A DNA stretch of 64,000 bases. Origin: Promethearchaeota archaeon. GTDB lineage: Archaea > Asgardarchaeota > Lokiarchaeia > Sigyniarchaeales > SOKP01. Shown here one piece after another: positions 38,950 through 49,409 of the stretch. The position numbers and the translations under genes were made by a program. Position 1 is the first letter of the stretch; the number at the start of each line of letters is the position of its first letter. The notes under the pieces were generated by a model, which was not told where the DNA came from, made no database searches, and saw only the letters and a list, made by a program, of their open reading frames with translations. The stretch lies in the NCBI GenBank assembly GCA_030599585.1, contig JAUVNS010000006.1, forward strand, positions 96,001 through 160,000, given 5' to 3'.

Positions 38950-39777
38950 TCAGTGCTTCATGCGTTTCATTTCTTTTGAAACTTTCATAAACCCTCTGAT
39001 CATCTTTGGGAGCGAAAATCCCTTGAAGGATTTGCCACTATCTTTACACGTTGGTAATGCGTATGGAATGACTGTCATGCTACTCTTTTCAACATCTGTC
39101 ATGACATATTTCTTCAATAATTCCATTTGAGAGTCGTATGTTTCCTTATCCTTCCAAGCTTCAATCAATGACACCTTATATAAATTTGTTAGTACCATTC
39201 CAGGTTGAAATATGTTAATTTTGATATTAATATCACTCGTTTCTAACTCCTTTGCTAAGCACTGGGAAAATGCAACGACGCCTCCTTTAGAAGCAGAGTA
39301 AATAGTCATATGTTCCACAGGTCTATCGGCTCCACCGCCTGATAACATTATTATTCTTCCATATTCTTGTTTAATCATTTGAGGTAATACTGCAGATACA
39401 GAATTTATTGCTCCAATTAAGTTAATTCCGATGATAGTTTTAGCGTCTGAGTAAACCTTATCTGGAGGTAAATATTGAAACGGTCCATAAGTTAAGTTCA
39501 CTCCGGCGTTCGCTACTAAGATACGGATTGATCCAAAAGCTTCAATTGTTTTATCAACAAGGTTTTTAACTGCATCAGGATCAGAAACATCGCAAGGTAT
39601 ACCGATGACAGAGTCGCCAAATTGATTTTTAAACTCTGCTACAGTATTATTTACGTTAGTTTCATTTCGAGAACAAATTACTACTTTACATCCTTCTTTA
39701 AGAAATAGCTCGGCTATCTTTTTACCAATCCCACTTGTGGAACCGGTTACGATTGCTGTTTCATTAATCATTTTCAT
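38950..39777 (-). CDS. Short-chain dehydrogenase/reductase
   Basis: TGSTSGIG, ANAG, YSASK. Confidence 0.9.
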   Translation of the reverse strand: MKMINETAIVTGSTSGIGKKIAELFLKEGCKVVICSRNETNVNNTVAEFKNQFGDSVIGIPCDVSDPDAVKNLVDKTIEAFGSIRILVANAGVNLTYGPFQYLPPDKVYSDAKTIIGINLIGAINSVSAVLPQMIKQEYGRIIMLSGGGADRPVEHMTIYSASKGGVVAFSQCLAKELETSDINIKINIFQPGMVLTNLYKVSLIEAWKDKETYDSQMELLKKYVMTDVEKSSMTVIPYALPTCKDSGKSFKGFSLPKMIRGFMKVSKEMKRMKH

Positions 39778-39813
39778 ATTAAAATCACTTTAAATTTATA
39801 TTACGTAGTAAGT

Positions 39814-40653
39814 TTAAGGAACTTTTCGGTTCTTTTTTAGCCACTCAACTCCAAAATCTACAATATCCCGGATTGATATCAATCGACTATCTGCTATTCC
39901 AATTTTACCAGGTTTGTAATTGATTTTGGATTCAAAATCCTTTCCAAGTTGTGAAAAATCGTCACTATCGAGATCTAATTCTTCCCATTCTACCCATTTT
40001 CTCTGATTGTTTACAAGCATTGCGCATCCATTTTTACTATATTTTTTACCAGGAAAATCACTTCTATATTCAGCAAGATGTATCGACGAATTATTCTCAT
40101 GATTAACGCCCACCAATAAAATTTGACAGTCAAGTTTATATAAACGCGAAATAGGGGATCTTTCACCAAGTTCTTCCGTTAATTCGTGATTTTCTGTGAT
40201 AATTTTTGCATGTTTTCCCCATGCTGCAAACGATGAGACCGGGTGATTGCTTCGTAAGACGCCAGGCCAATGCAGAAAATTTTCTACAATTCTTCCCATC
40301 TCTCGAGTAGGTGTAATTTTTGATTCGAAAGCAGGCATTTCCTTTCTAATTGTATCCCACCAATCCTTAGGTACGGGAGGATATTGCCAATTAGAGGGGT
40401 CAGAGTTGTCGCTAGAAAAGGTTGGCATTACTAAAGTGCCTTCGTGGGTTAGGGTTTGCATTAAAGCTCTAATAACTGATAATGACCCTCCAACAGTCCA
40501 GCCAATTTTACTTAGTGAGCTATGCATAATTATTATAGCTCCGGGTTTAACACCAAGAGCTTCAAAATCGCGTTTTAAAGAAGTTATTGTGTTAGGTTTT
40601 GAAGTATAATTAACGACGCTTCTTTCAGTTTCCTTCTTATTATCGCTTTCCAT
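39814..40653 (-). CDS. AAC(3)-family (YokD-like) N-acetyltransferase
   Basis: HSSLSKIGW, GTLVMPT, RSNHP..SFAAWG, NSSIHLAE. Confidence 0.9.
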   Translation of the reverse strand: MESDNKKETERSVVNYTSKPNTITSLKRDFEALGVKPGAIIIMHSSLSKIGWTVGGSLSVIRALMQTLTHEGTLVMPTFSSDNSDPSNWQYPPVPKDWWDTIRKEMPAFESKITPTREMGRIVENFLHWPGVLRSNHPVSSFAAWGKHAKIITENHELTEELGERSPISRLYKLDCQILLVGVNHENNSSIHLAEYRSDFPGKKYSKNGCAMLVNNQRKWVEWEELDLDSDDFSQLGKDFESKINYKPGKIGIADSRLISIRDIVDFGVEWLKKNRKVP

Positions 40654-40702
40654 AATAATTAAAATATGATAACTAATAATTACTTTGCTCTACTTACTAG
40701 AA

Positions 40703-41299
40703 CTACTCTAAAATGCAGTTCATCAAAAGATTGATACCTTTCGCTCTTGCTTTGAGTAGGGTTTTTTCTGGTATTCCCTCCATTTCTTTGGATGGAAGAA
40801 TTTTTTCTTTTAATACCTTTTTAAAAAGTAAATATTCGTCTTTTCTACTAATGAACGGATTGACTCTTTCCGCATGGATACAATCATCAATTGGTTTTTT
40901 TTTTCCATTGTGATTACCTTCTGTGAGATCAAATCTGTAGTTCTCATATACTAAAAAGCAATGAACCATAGGAATGTAGGGAATTTCATATTTTTTCAGA
41001 ATTTCGTCTACACCCGTCGTTATATCTTCAGTAAATTGGTAAATGCATACATGTTTATATAGTGGAATTTCAAGTTCTTGTGCAAGGCTTGCGATTACAG
41101 CATGTTTGGTAGTACAAGTACCTTTTTTATCTTTAAAGAGTATCAGTTTATCTTCATGATTCGTATTATGACCGTAGTCAATCTTATGCACATAGTCACA
41201 AGCTCTTCTGAAGGTTTTTATTCCTAAGTCCAAAAACTTAATTGAAAGTTCTCCAACAGGTTTAATTTCGGCATCAGGTAATTTATCGTACGAATCCAT
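40703..41299 (-). CDS. Hypothetical protein, possibly transglutaminase-like
   Basis: GTCTTKHA ... HCFL ... RFDLT, spacing consistent with a Cys-His-Asp triad. Confidence 0.5.
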   Translation of the reverse strand: MDSYDKLPDAEIKPVGELSIKFLDLGIKTFRRACDYVHKIDYGHNTNHEDKLILFKDKKGTCTTKHAVIASLAQELEIPLYKHVCIYQFTEDITTGVDEILKKYEIPYIPMVHCFLVYENYRFDLTEGNHNGKKKPIDDCIHAERVNPFISRKDEYLLFKKVLKEKILPSKEMEGIPEKTLLKARAKGINLLMNCILE

Positions 41300-41476
41300 G
41301 TTACTGGTTTTATTTGAAAAAATTTAAACTATATCTCTATAGTCTATAGAATTTTCTTAAATGTAAGATAGATATCATCATAAAGAGACTTTACCTCTCT
41401 TTAAGCATGAGTAAAATATAATTGACCTTCTCCATTATTATTCCTATACCAATTAAACGAATAATTTTTTTATGCT

Positions 41477-42727
41477 ATGACGATTTTAGAAGACGCTATA
41501 GGAAATGTCATTTCTAAAGAAATGCGCTATGTTGCTGAGACAGAAGGAATCGATGTTAAAACATTGGTGAAAAAGATCTCAAAAGGAGAAGTAGTTATAA
41601 TGAAAAGAGATAATTTTCACCCTGTGGGTATCGGTACACCCTTGAGAACAAAGATAAACGTTAATCTTGGCACATCTTCTTCGGCTATAGATTTAAACGA
41701 GGAATTTAAGAAAGTAGAAGTAGCTCAGAAATATGGCGCTGATACTATCTCAGATCTTTCAATGGGCGGAGAAATTGACGAAATTAGGAAGAAAATTATA
41801 GAAATATCAAGCGTTCCTATAACGACAGTACCGATCTATCAAGCAGTAATTGAAGCTGAGCATGTATCGGAAATCACAGAAGATTTGATTTTTAAAGTAG
41901 TAGAAAAACAACTTAAGGATGGAGTAAGTTCGATCGTGTTACATTCTGGGTTTACTCTTGATATGTTAAACGAAATGAAAGGAAAAAGAATAATGAAAAT
42001 GGTTTCAAAAGGAGGAAGTTTGACTGCTTCTTATATGAAATCTAGAGAAGTCGAAAATCCTTTTCTACAGAATTTCGAAAAATTTCTCGAATTAATTAAA
42101 GAATACGATGTAGTATTAAATCTTGGGAACGCTTTGAGGAGTGGTTGCATTCACGATGAAGTGGATGAATTTCAGCTTTCTGAAATAAAGAAGAATAACA
42201 AATTAGCAAAAATTGCGAATAGTTATGGAGTCCAGGTAATTTTAGAAAGCTTGGGAGGTCATATTACCGCAAAAAACATAATAAAATGGGTGAAACTACA
42301 TAAGAAGATGACCGATAATAGACCGCTTTTCGTATCAGGACCACTTCCAATTGATATCGCTACAGGTCACGATCATATTGCTGCTGCTATTGGGGGCGCA
42401 TTTGCTTCTGGATTTGGCGCAGATTATATATGTGCCATTACTCCTGCAGAGCACCTTTGCTTACCTACGCTTGAAGATATCAAGAATGGATTAATTGCTT
42501 GCAAAATTGCTGCACACGTAGGGGATTCTATGAAATTTGGTTTGAACCATCTATTCAACGACGATTTAGAACTTTCTAAGAATCGTTATTTAAAAAACTG
42601 GAAAGAACAATTTGAATACTGTATCGATCCTGATGAACCGAAAAAGAGACACCTAACTGATGGAGAACTTTGCACGATGTGTGGTAAACACTGTGCACTT
42701 TCTATCTCAAAAAAGATGTTATTATAA
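41477..42727 (+). CDS. ThiC/Bza-family radical SAM enzyme (phosphomethylpyrimidine synthase-like)
   Basis: TKINVNLGTS, GADTISDLS, TVPIYQA, DHIAAAIG, TPAEHL, KIAAH.GD, CTMCGKHC. Confidence 0.85.
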   Translation: MTILEDAIGNVISKEMRYVAETEGIDVKTLVKKISKGEVVIMKRDNFHPVGIGTPLRTKINVNLGTSSSAIDLNEEFKKVEVAQKYGADTISDLSMGGEIDEIRKKIIEISSVPITTVPIYQAVIEAEHVSEITEDLIFKVVEKQLKDGVSSIVLHSGFTLDMLNEMKGKRIMKMVSKGGSLTASYMKSREVENPFLQNFEKFLELIKEYDVVLNLGNALRSGCIHDEVDEFQLSEIKKNNKLAKIANSYGVQVILESLGGHITAKNIIKWVKLHKKMTDNRPLFVSGPLPIDIATGHDHIAAAIGGAFASGFGADYICAITPAEHLCLPTLEDIKNGLIACKIAAHVGDSMKFGLNHLFNDDLELSKNRYLKNWKEQFEYCIDPDEPKKRHLTDGELCTMCGKHCALSISKKMLL

Positions 42728-42730
42728 CAG

Positions 42731-44218
42731 TTATTTCTGTTTCTGTTTGTACTTAATATATTCACAGACTTTAGCTAGGGCATTTACAGGCCTATCCCAC
42801 AATGTAAAGAGTAGGGCACCATTCTTTCTTAACCGCTTAGACCATGGGCTCGTAAAGCTCATAGGGTTGATGTAAAAAATCGGAACGGAATATTTTAGAC
42901 TGTTTTTCATAGTCGGTTGGAGTAACTTTTCAGCTAATTTATCCATGCTTTCTTCTGACTGATTTTGAAATTCTGCCCATTTTGCAATTTCTTCGTTCTG
43001 GAGATAATCATCCATAACATCTTGAAAACCAACAACCCCATATTGGAAGATCGCATCGACCTCACCAGATTTCATTATCAGTTCTGGGAGAGTTATGTAA
43101 AAATAAGGAAGATTCATATCAAACGTACAATCTACAGGGTTATTAAAGCCTGCAGTTGAAGGTAAGAGAGGTTTCAATTCTTCTTGAAGCGTTTTAGAAA
43201 ATTCGGGAACGATAAGTCCATGGTTTTCGGCATTATTGGCAATCATAGCTCCGGGTCCTCCAGAATTTGTGATAATACCGATTCGTTTGCCTTTCGGTAA
43301 AATTTTATTTGATAAGATTAAGGCAATATCCAAGAATTCTTGAACATAGTCCGTTTTTATAACTCCCGTTTCTTTAAATACTGCGTTGAATATTTTTGAA
43401 TCACCAGCGAGTGATCCAGTATGGCTTTGTAAGGCTCTATTGCCTCCTTGAGAACCACCAACATAAATCGCGATAATCGGTTTTTTTGGTGTTATCTCTC
43501 TTGCCAATTCTAAAAATTTCTTTCCACGCTTTAACTCTTCGATATAGAGACCTATAACTTCCGTTTCTTCGTCATCCTTATAATATTCCAGACAATCCAC
43601 GATGTCAATATTTGCCTCGTTTCCAACTGATAAGGATTTACTTAACCCTAAATCTAAATTTTCGGGATCAAACCATATGTGCGATGAAAGCGTTCCACTC
43701 TGAGAGGCGATAGAAAAATTCCCTTTTTTCAAATGCTCCCATATAGCTATATTAAACGCACTATTGTTATTGTTAGGTTCGTACCAATTATTAAAAAGTC
43801 CTAAACAGTTTGGACCAATAAACCTTATTCCATAATTACTAGCAATCTCGTTAATTTCTTCAGTAAGAGTGTTTTTACGGTCACCAACTAATTCGCGAAA
43901 ACCGCCAGATATGAGCACGATCTTAGTTATTCCCTTTTCACCGCATTCTCTAAACACTTGCGGTACTTTTTTGGCCGCTAATACAATAACAGCAAGATCA
44001 GGAACTTCATGAACATCTGCGATGGTTTTATACGTTTTAAAACCCATAACTACATCCAATTTAGGATGAATTGGATAAACATTTCCCGTATATCCGGATT
44101 TTATGAGGTTCATGATTTGAATTGCTGCTAATGAACTTCCTTTGTTATTAGCCCCAAAAAAAGCCACGCTTTTAGGATTTAAGAATCCATAGAGGAAATG
44201 ATCTCTACTCATAAACAT
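42731..44218 (-). CDS. ADP-forming acyl-CoA synthetase alpha-type protein
   Basis: NPKSVA, IGPNCLG, SQSGT, SVGNEA, SHTGSLAG, TNSGGPG, NPVD. Confidence 0.88.
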   Translation of the reverse strand: MFMSRDHFLYGFLNPKSVAFFGANNKGSSLAAIQIMNLIKSGYTGNVYPIHPKLDVVMGFKTYKTIADVHEVPDLAVIVLAAKKVPQVFRECGEKGITKIVLISGGFRELVGDRKNTLTEEINEIASNYGIRFIGPNCLGLFNNWYEPNNNNSAFNIAIWEHLKKGNFSIASQSGTLSSHIWFDPENLDLGLSKSLSVGNEANIDIVDCLEYYKDDEETEVIGLYIEELKRGKKFLELAREITPKKPIIAIYVGGSQGGNRALQSHTGSLAGDSKIFNAVFKETGVIKTDYVQEFLDIALILSNKILPKGKRIGIITNSGGPGAMIANNAENHGLIVPEFSKTLQEELKPLLPSTAGFNNPVDCTFDMNLPYFYITLPELIMKSGEVDAIFQYGVVGFQDVMDDYLQNEEIAKWAEFQNQSEESMDKLAEKLLQPTMKNSLKYSVPIFYINPMSFTSPWSKRLRKNGALLFTLWDRPVNALAKVCEYIKYKQKQK

Positions 44219-44329
44219 TCACTTATATCAAGAAATATTAGATGATTTTAAAATGTAAATATATACATTTAATAGCTCAAGAATAATACATTATTTAATT
44301 TTTATACAAAACATAATGATGGTAAAATT

Positions 44330-45319
44330 ATGGTAAGAATTTTAACAAAGGATAATGTTGCACAGTTATTAAATATGGCAGATGCCTTGGAATACGTAGA
44401 AGAAGCATACAAACAACTTACTTTAGGGAATGCTTTTGTTCCGCAGCGAATAGCTATTACTGATCCCGCTCCAGGGTTAACTTTAGTAATGCCGGGTATA
44501 ATTGGGGGTGAAATGAGTGCCCTCGCAACTAAAATTGTATCGGTATATAAAAAAAATCCGGAGAAATACAATATGCCCACTGTATTGGCGAAAATTATGA
44601 TTCAGGACATAAACACGGGGGATATCGTTGGAATCATGGACGGTAGTCTTATTACGGCAATGCGTACTGGAGCAGCAACGGGAGTATCTGTTAAATACTT
44701 AGCGCGAAAAAATAGCACTGTAATGAGTATATATAGTGGGGGTGTTCAAGCAAGAAAACAAGTATCTGGAGTGTACTACGGTTTAAACCAGAAATTAGAA
44801 AAATGTAAAGTTTTTGATTTTAAAAAGGACACTGCTGAAAGCTTTAAAATAGAAATTGAGAAAGAATTAGGGATTGAAGTCGAAATCACTGGTTCTGGTG
44901 ATGATCTACTTTCAAAAACCGACATTATAGTGGCAGCAACTACTAGTACGACACCGTTATTTGCAGGAGATAAAGTGCCAGAAGGTGTACACATTTCTTC
45001 TATAGGTGCACATGCCCCAGATGCCAGAGAATTAGATTCCACTACAATAAAAAGAGCTTCACTGCTTGTAGCTGGATTAAAGGAAGCGTGTTTAGCTGAA
45101 GCTGGCGATTATATAATTCCAATTAATGAGGGAATTATTTCTAAAGATGATATTATTTCAATAGGAAACATAATAACTGGTAATGTACCCAACCGAACCT
45201 CTAACTCAGAGATAACAGTATTTAAATCCGTTGGAATAAGTGCACAGGATGTTGCAGTGGGAAAGTTAGTGTATGATAGAGCCCTAAAAGAGGGAATTGG
45301 TCATGATATTGATTTCTAA
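44330..45319 (+). CDS. Ornithine cyclodeaminase / mu-crystallin / archaeal alanine dehydrogenase family
   Basis: TAMRTGAA, SIGAH.P..RELD, EAGD, FKSVGISAQD. Confidence 0.9.
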   Translation: MVRILTKDNVAQLLNMADALEYVEEAYKQLTLGNAFVPQRIAITDPAPGLTLVMPGIIGGEMSALATKIVSVYKKNPEKYNMPTVLAKIMIQDINTGDIVGIMDGSLITAMRTGAATGVSVKYLARKNSTVMSIYSGGVQARKQVSGVYYGLNQKLEKCKVFDFKKDTAESFKIEIEKELGIEVEITGSGDDLLSKTDIIVAATTSTTPLFAGDKVPEGVHISSIGAHAPDARELDSTTIKRASLLVAGLKEACLAEAGDYIIPINEGIISKDDIISIGNIITGNVPNRTSNSEITVFKSVGISAQDVAVGKLVYDRALKEGIGHDIDF

Positions 45320-45440
45320 CACCTTTTTTTTTCCATTAAAATATAATCTATATTATTAAGAATTTGAAAAAATTATTTAAAGCATATTCATTAATAAAAT
45401 GAAATAAATATTGAATCAATTAAAAGGAAGGTAAAGTGTA

Positions 45441-45725
45441 ATGAGTGAAGAGAAGAAGGAAAATATCTTAGACAAACTAAATACCGCATTTGTAGATTTC
45501 GTTGGTGGTGCATTCGGCGAAAGCGGTAAAGATTTTATTGAAGACACTTCAGAGAAAATTAAAGAGTTCTCGAGTCAATCAATCAAACAATTTATGGGAT
45601 TTTCCGACACGGTCATTGATAATCTTAAACTAACAGAAAATGAACAAGTCATGAAAATGCGAGACAGCGTTGAAGATTTGTTGAAACAAGCTGGACTATT
45701 AGAAGAAGACGAAGAAGATTTCTAA
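45441..45725 (+). CDS. Small acidic helical hypothetical protein
   Basis: ATG with upstream GGAAGGT SD, coding-like composition. Confidence 0.65.
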   Translation: MSEEKKENILDKLNTAFVDFVGGAFGESGKDFIEDTSEKIKEFSSQSIKQFMGFSDTVIDNLKLTENEQVMKMRDSVEDLLKQAGLLEEDEEDF

Positions 45726-45828
45726 TTTTAATAGTTTCTAAACATTGTATTTACTACTATTTTTCTATTTATTTTAGTATGATGCAAATTATAATTATTA
45801 AAAATTTAAAGCAAAACGAAAAGAAAAC

Positions 45829-46074
45829 CTATAAAACTTTTTTATTCTTCAAAAAGGATCTAATTTCATCTTTTGTTGCGTTAAATAGCTCAGAGATGAC
45901 TGTTAGTGAGATGCCTTCGTCCATTCCTAGCTTTCTATAATCTTTATAGAGCTTTACCCATGTTTCTTTTTGCGTGTAGCGATCTGGATGTTTTGATTGA
46001 ATATGTTGCCAATAAGGATGTTTTAACTTAATTCCACAATACGGGCAAAAACGAGTCTCATCATCTGCTGACAT
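45829..46074 (-). CDS. Small C2H2-type zinc-finger protein
   Basis: CPYC...WQHIQSKH followed by a helical, HTH-like tail. Confidence 0.65.
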   Translation of the reverse strand: MSADDETRFCPYCGIKLKHPYWQHIQSKHPDRYTQKETWVKLYKDYRKLGMDEGISLTVISELFNATKDEIRSFLKNKKVL

Positions 46075-46167
46075 ATATCTAACCTTTTTAGGTGAAAAAT
46101 AAATATTTGTGTTATAAGTTAATAAAATACTATTTATTTAAAAAATTATCAATTTGGATCTCATTAA

Positions 46168-47403
46168 TTACCCTAGAAAAGAGTGTTTACCTTCCCATAC
46201 TATTTTTCTATAATGATCCGGATCTGTGTCACCTTCGGTACTGAAAATTAAAACTCGAGATTCCTTAAATAAGCTCATTTTTTTTCTGAGATCTCGATAT
46301 GAATCGTTAGTAAGTAGTTCTACTAATAAACCTAAACCTACTGCTCCTGATTCTCCTGAAATGATTTTAGGATCGTTTAATAACGAATTTCCTAATATTT
46401 TCATGCCTTTCGCAGCAATTCCATCTGAACAAGAAATGAAAAAATCAGCGTAATCTCTTAACACTCTCCAAGCGATAATATTAGGTTTACCACAAGCCAA
46501 ACCAGCCATAATCGTCGCTAAACTACCGCCAACCGCATGGGGTTTGGTGTCTCCTATTTGTGCTGATTTGAATAAACAGGCGGCGTTATGAGGTTCGATA
46601 ATGACAGTTAACGGTCTATCATCACCAAATTTAGTTGTTAAGTATCCTTGAATTGCCGCAGCTAAAGAACCGACTCCTGCTTGTAAGAATACATGAGTTG
46701 GCATTAAATCTCCTTGCATTTTCATTTGTTCTAAGACTTCATCAATTAAAGTTGAGTAGCCTTGCATGATCCATGTAGGAATTTCGATATACCCTTCCCA
46801 GGCAGTATCTTGAATCAAAACGCCATTATTTTCAGCAGCAAAGTTTGCAGCCATTTTCACTGTCTCGTCGTAATACTCGTTTGTCACAATGACTTCGGCG
46901 TTTTCTTTTTTAATATTGTCAACTCTGAATTGAGAGGATCCTTTCGGCATGAACACGACTGCTTTCTGGTCTAGTTCTCTCGCAGTCCAAGCAACTCCTC
47001 GCCCATGATTCCCATCTGTAGCGGTTACAAAAGTTATGGTTCCAAGCTTTTCTTTGTATTCCGGTGTTTTTAGGGCCTCAAATGAGAGTTCAGCAATCTC
47101 AATTCCTAGCTTACAGCTGAGATAAAAGGCAATGGCGTATGAGCCCCCTAAAACTTTAAACGCGTTTAATCCTAACCGAAAAGACTCGTCTTTAACCCAT
47201 ATTTTCTTTATGTTGATTTTATTAGCTAATTTAGGTAAAGAATGAAGGGGCGTTGGTTGGTATTTGGGAAAACTTTGATGAAATTTCCTTACTTTTCCAA
47301 TTATTTCTCGAGACATAAACTCTGTAGAGGTTTTTCCACTTGCTTGCTTCCTTGAGTCGTTATTAGAAAATAGCTTAATTCCTTTGAGTTTATTATTTTT
47401 CAT
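46168..47403 (-). CDS. dpaL: Diaminopropionate ammonia-lyase (PLP, fold type II)
   Basis: VKDESFRLGLNAFKVLGGSYA, TDGNHGRGVAW, QDTAWEGY, QAGVGS, TIMAGLACG, STEGDTDP. Confidence 0.9.
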   Translation of the reverse strand: MKNNKLKGIKLFSNNDSRKQASGKTSTEFMSREIIGKVRKFHQSFPKYQPTPLHSLPKLANKINIKKIWVKDESFRLGLNAFKVLGGSYAIAFYLSCKLGIEIAELSFEALKTPEYKEKLGTITFVTATDGNHGRGVAWTARELDQKAVVFMPKGSSQFRVDNIKKENAEVIVTNEYYDETVKMAANFAAENNGVLIQDTAWEGYIEIPTWIMQGYSTLIDEVLEQMKMQGDLMPTHVFLQAGVGSLAAAIQGYLTTKFGDDRPLTVIIEPHNAACLFKSAQIGDTKPHAVGGSLATIMAGLACGKPNIIAWRVLRDYADFFISCSDGIAAKGMKILGNSLLNDPKIISGESGAVGLGLLVELLTNDSYRDLRKKMSLFKESRVLIFSTEGDTDPDHYRKIVWEGKHSFLG

Positions 47404-47921
47404 AGTGTCGGTTTAAATCCATTTCTCAAGATTATTTTTGTTGCGAGTTTCGCTACATCTCCTACGAGCGTAGAACAATGTTCCATCATTCCCGACTTGA
47501 AAGCTTCTTTCATTTCGTCGGCATCCCATAAATTAAAAGTTCTACCCATCGATTTTTCTTGAACATCGTAGCAACGACAAGAACCGTATTGTTTGACATA
47601 TTTATCGTGTAGTTTTTTAACAAGCGTATAAGACTTCATAGGTTTATACATATCTTTAAAATCTTCCCGACTTCTTCCGTAAAGATATCCTATTACCATA
47701 GATGCTCCTACTAGCGCGCCACAAGAACCATCACCCGTTAAGCCTAAGCCATCTGCTAAGCCACTCCCTGCTTTGAAAACATCGTCATTCCAAATTCCTA
47801 ACGCCTCAAAAATCGCCGCAATCGCCGTTTGAGCGCATCCAGTGCATTCTTGTTCGTATTTTTTCCCCAACGCAAATGCTTTCTCTAAAACTTCTTTATT
47901 CGTATTACTCATTATCTTCAA
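47400..47921 (-). CDS. C_GCAxxG_C_C family putative redox protein
   Basis: GCAQ, SCGALVG, GSCRC, HC. Overlaps the dpaL start (ATGA). Confidence 0.85.
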   Translation of the reverse strand: MKIMSNTNKEVLEKAFALGKKYEQECTGCAQTAIAAIFEALGIWNDDVFKAGSGLADGLGLTGDGSCGALVGASMVIGYLYGRSREDFKDMYKPMKSYTLVKKLHDKYVKQYGSCRCYDVQEKSMGRTFNLWDADEMKEAFKSGMMEHCSTLVGDVAKLATKIILRNGFKPTL

Positions 47922-48042
47922 CTACTCTATTGATTTTATCACATGAATTATGATTATGATTAAGATAAATTATTAAAGAATAATAATTAAATTGATTACA
48001 AAATTCTCTCCCTTAATTTAAAAGTAGTTTCGATTCAATTTT

Positions 48043-48852
48043 ATGGCAACTTTTCCTTACAGGCTTTTTCAGGCAAAATTCGATATTTTTTTAGACAGAG
48101 TACCTATTTTAGGTAAGATTCTGTCGTTTGCATTCGGAGCAGTTGAATATTTTATACTTGAAACTTTTAGGTTTCTTGACATTAAGTTAAACATTAACTC
48201 GATTAAAATAGTGAATAGGTACATCTTTAAGAGTAGATGGGGAGGAAAGGTTATCCCATTGAACGTAAACTTAGACATTGAGACCAAGTTTCTTCCTTCC
48301 CAGGAAATTCTGGCTCTGTTAAGTAGATCAAAGGTTACTGGGATCGCTAATTGCTATTGTAGAGAAACGCAAAGAAAGCATTCAGACACACCAAATTGTG
48401 AACACCCTATTAAGACTTGTATTCACATAGGGTTTGGAAAATCACTAAATGAAATTCCCTATAAATCGGAAAATTTAGAAAAAGTTTCAAAGCGAGAGAT
48501 AGAAAAGCTATTGGAAGAAAGCGATAAACGGGGTTTAGTCCACCAAATTATTTATTTTCCTAATCCGTTATTCTATTATGTAGTGTGTAACTGCTGTCCA
48601 TGTTGCTGTGTTATTATGAATAAATTCCTAAAAAGCGGTTCTCCTCAGATGATTAAATCTGACTTTATCGCTTATACGGATTTGGCAAAATGTAATAATT
48701 GTGGAGTTTGCGAAGAATATTGTAATTTTGGTGCAAGAAAGCTTATTACAGAAAAATTAAATTTTTTCCAAGAATATTGCTTTGGTTGCGGGTTATGTGT
48801 GTCCAAATGTCCAGAAAAAGCCATAAAATTAAGAAAAAAAGTTGAATCCTAG
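48043..48852 (+). CDS. 4Fe-4S ferredoxin-domain protein
   Basis: CYCR, CNCCPCCC, CNNCGVCEEYC, CFGCGLCVSKCP. Confidence 0.85.
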   Translation: MATFPYRLFQAKFDIFLDRVPILGKILSFAFGAVEYFILETFRFLDIKLNINSIKIVNRYIFKSRWGGKVIPLNVNLDIETKFLPSQEILALLSRSKVTGIANCYCRETQRKHSDTPNCEHPIKTCIHIGFGKSLNEIPYKSENLEKVSKREIEKLLEESDKRGLVHQIIYFPNPLFYYVVCNCCPCCCVIMNKFLKSGSPQMIKSDFIAYTDLAKCNNCGVCEEYCNFGARKLITEKLNFFQEYCFGCGLCVSKCPEKAIKLRKKVES

Positions 48853-48966
48853 ATGTGTTTTTGTTTGTTTTTTTTTTAATAATAGAGCAAAAATAAATAC
48901 AATTATTATTATTAAATTTATAGGAATAGTATTGGACTTGTTCTAATAGGGATGTTATAATTAATA

Positions 48967-49404
48967 ATGAAAGAACTATACGAAATAGGTATTGTTTTCC
49001 GAGGATTTATCCTAGTAAGTTACGAGTTTAAGAAAATTGAAAAAAGGGATAAAGTTAAAAATGTGAGCAAGGATTTGAGAGGAGGTTTTATTTCAGCGAT
49101 AAATACATTTGCTAAAACTGCTTTCAACAATCTTTCATTAGAATATTTAGAATCAGGGAACATCTTATTTATTTTTAAAGCCCTTGAAATACAAGCCGCA
49201 AATTATAATGTTGCGGAACCAGTTATTTTATATGGTTTAGTAGACAAAAAAAGGAAAGATACCGATAAGTTTGTTAAAAAATTCCTTGAAAAGATTGACC
49301 CCATCTTGAACCTTTTTATAACGAGATATAGTAACAAGGACTTAACTGAGTTTAATCAATTTGCACCATTTCAGAACGATATTAAAGAGTTTATCTTGAA
49401 TTGA
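48967..49404 (+). CDS. Standalone longin-like domain protein
   Basis: EIGIVFRGFILV...DLRGGFISAINTFA...LEYLESGNILFIF...ILYGLV...helix. The GGF.SA.N.F helix is the same as in the TPR-longin C-termini. Confidence 0.6.
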   Translation: MKELYEIGIVFRGFILVSYEFKKIEKRDKVKNVSKDLRGGFISAINTFAKTAFNNLSLEYLESGNILFIFKALEIQAANYNVAEPVILYGLVDKKRKDTDKFVKKFLEKIDPILNLFITRYSNKDLTEFNQFAPFQNDIKEFILN

Positions 49405-49409
49405 AGGAA

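Noticed and set aside
17816-40653. Antibiotic-resistance island (beta-lactamase-like, AAC(3)-like, arsM)
   Set aside because: The genes are dispersed, and these families are widespread with non-resistance functions. No mobile context.
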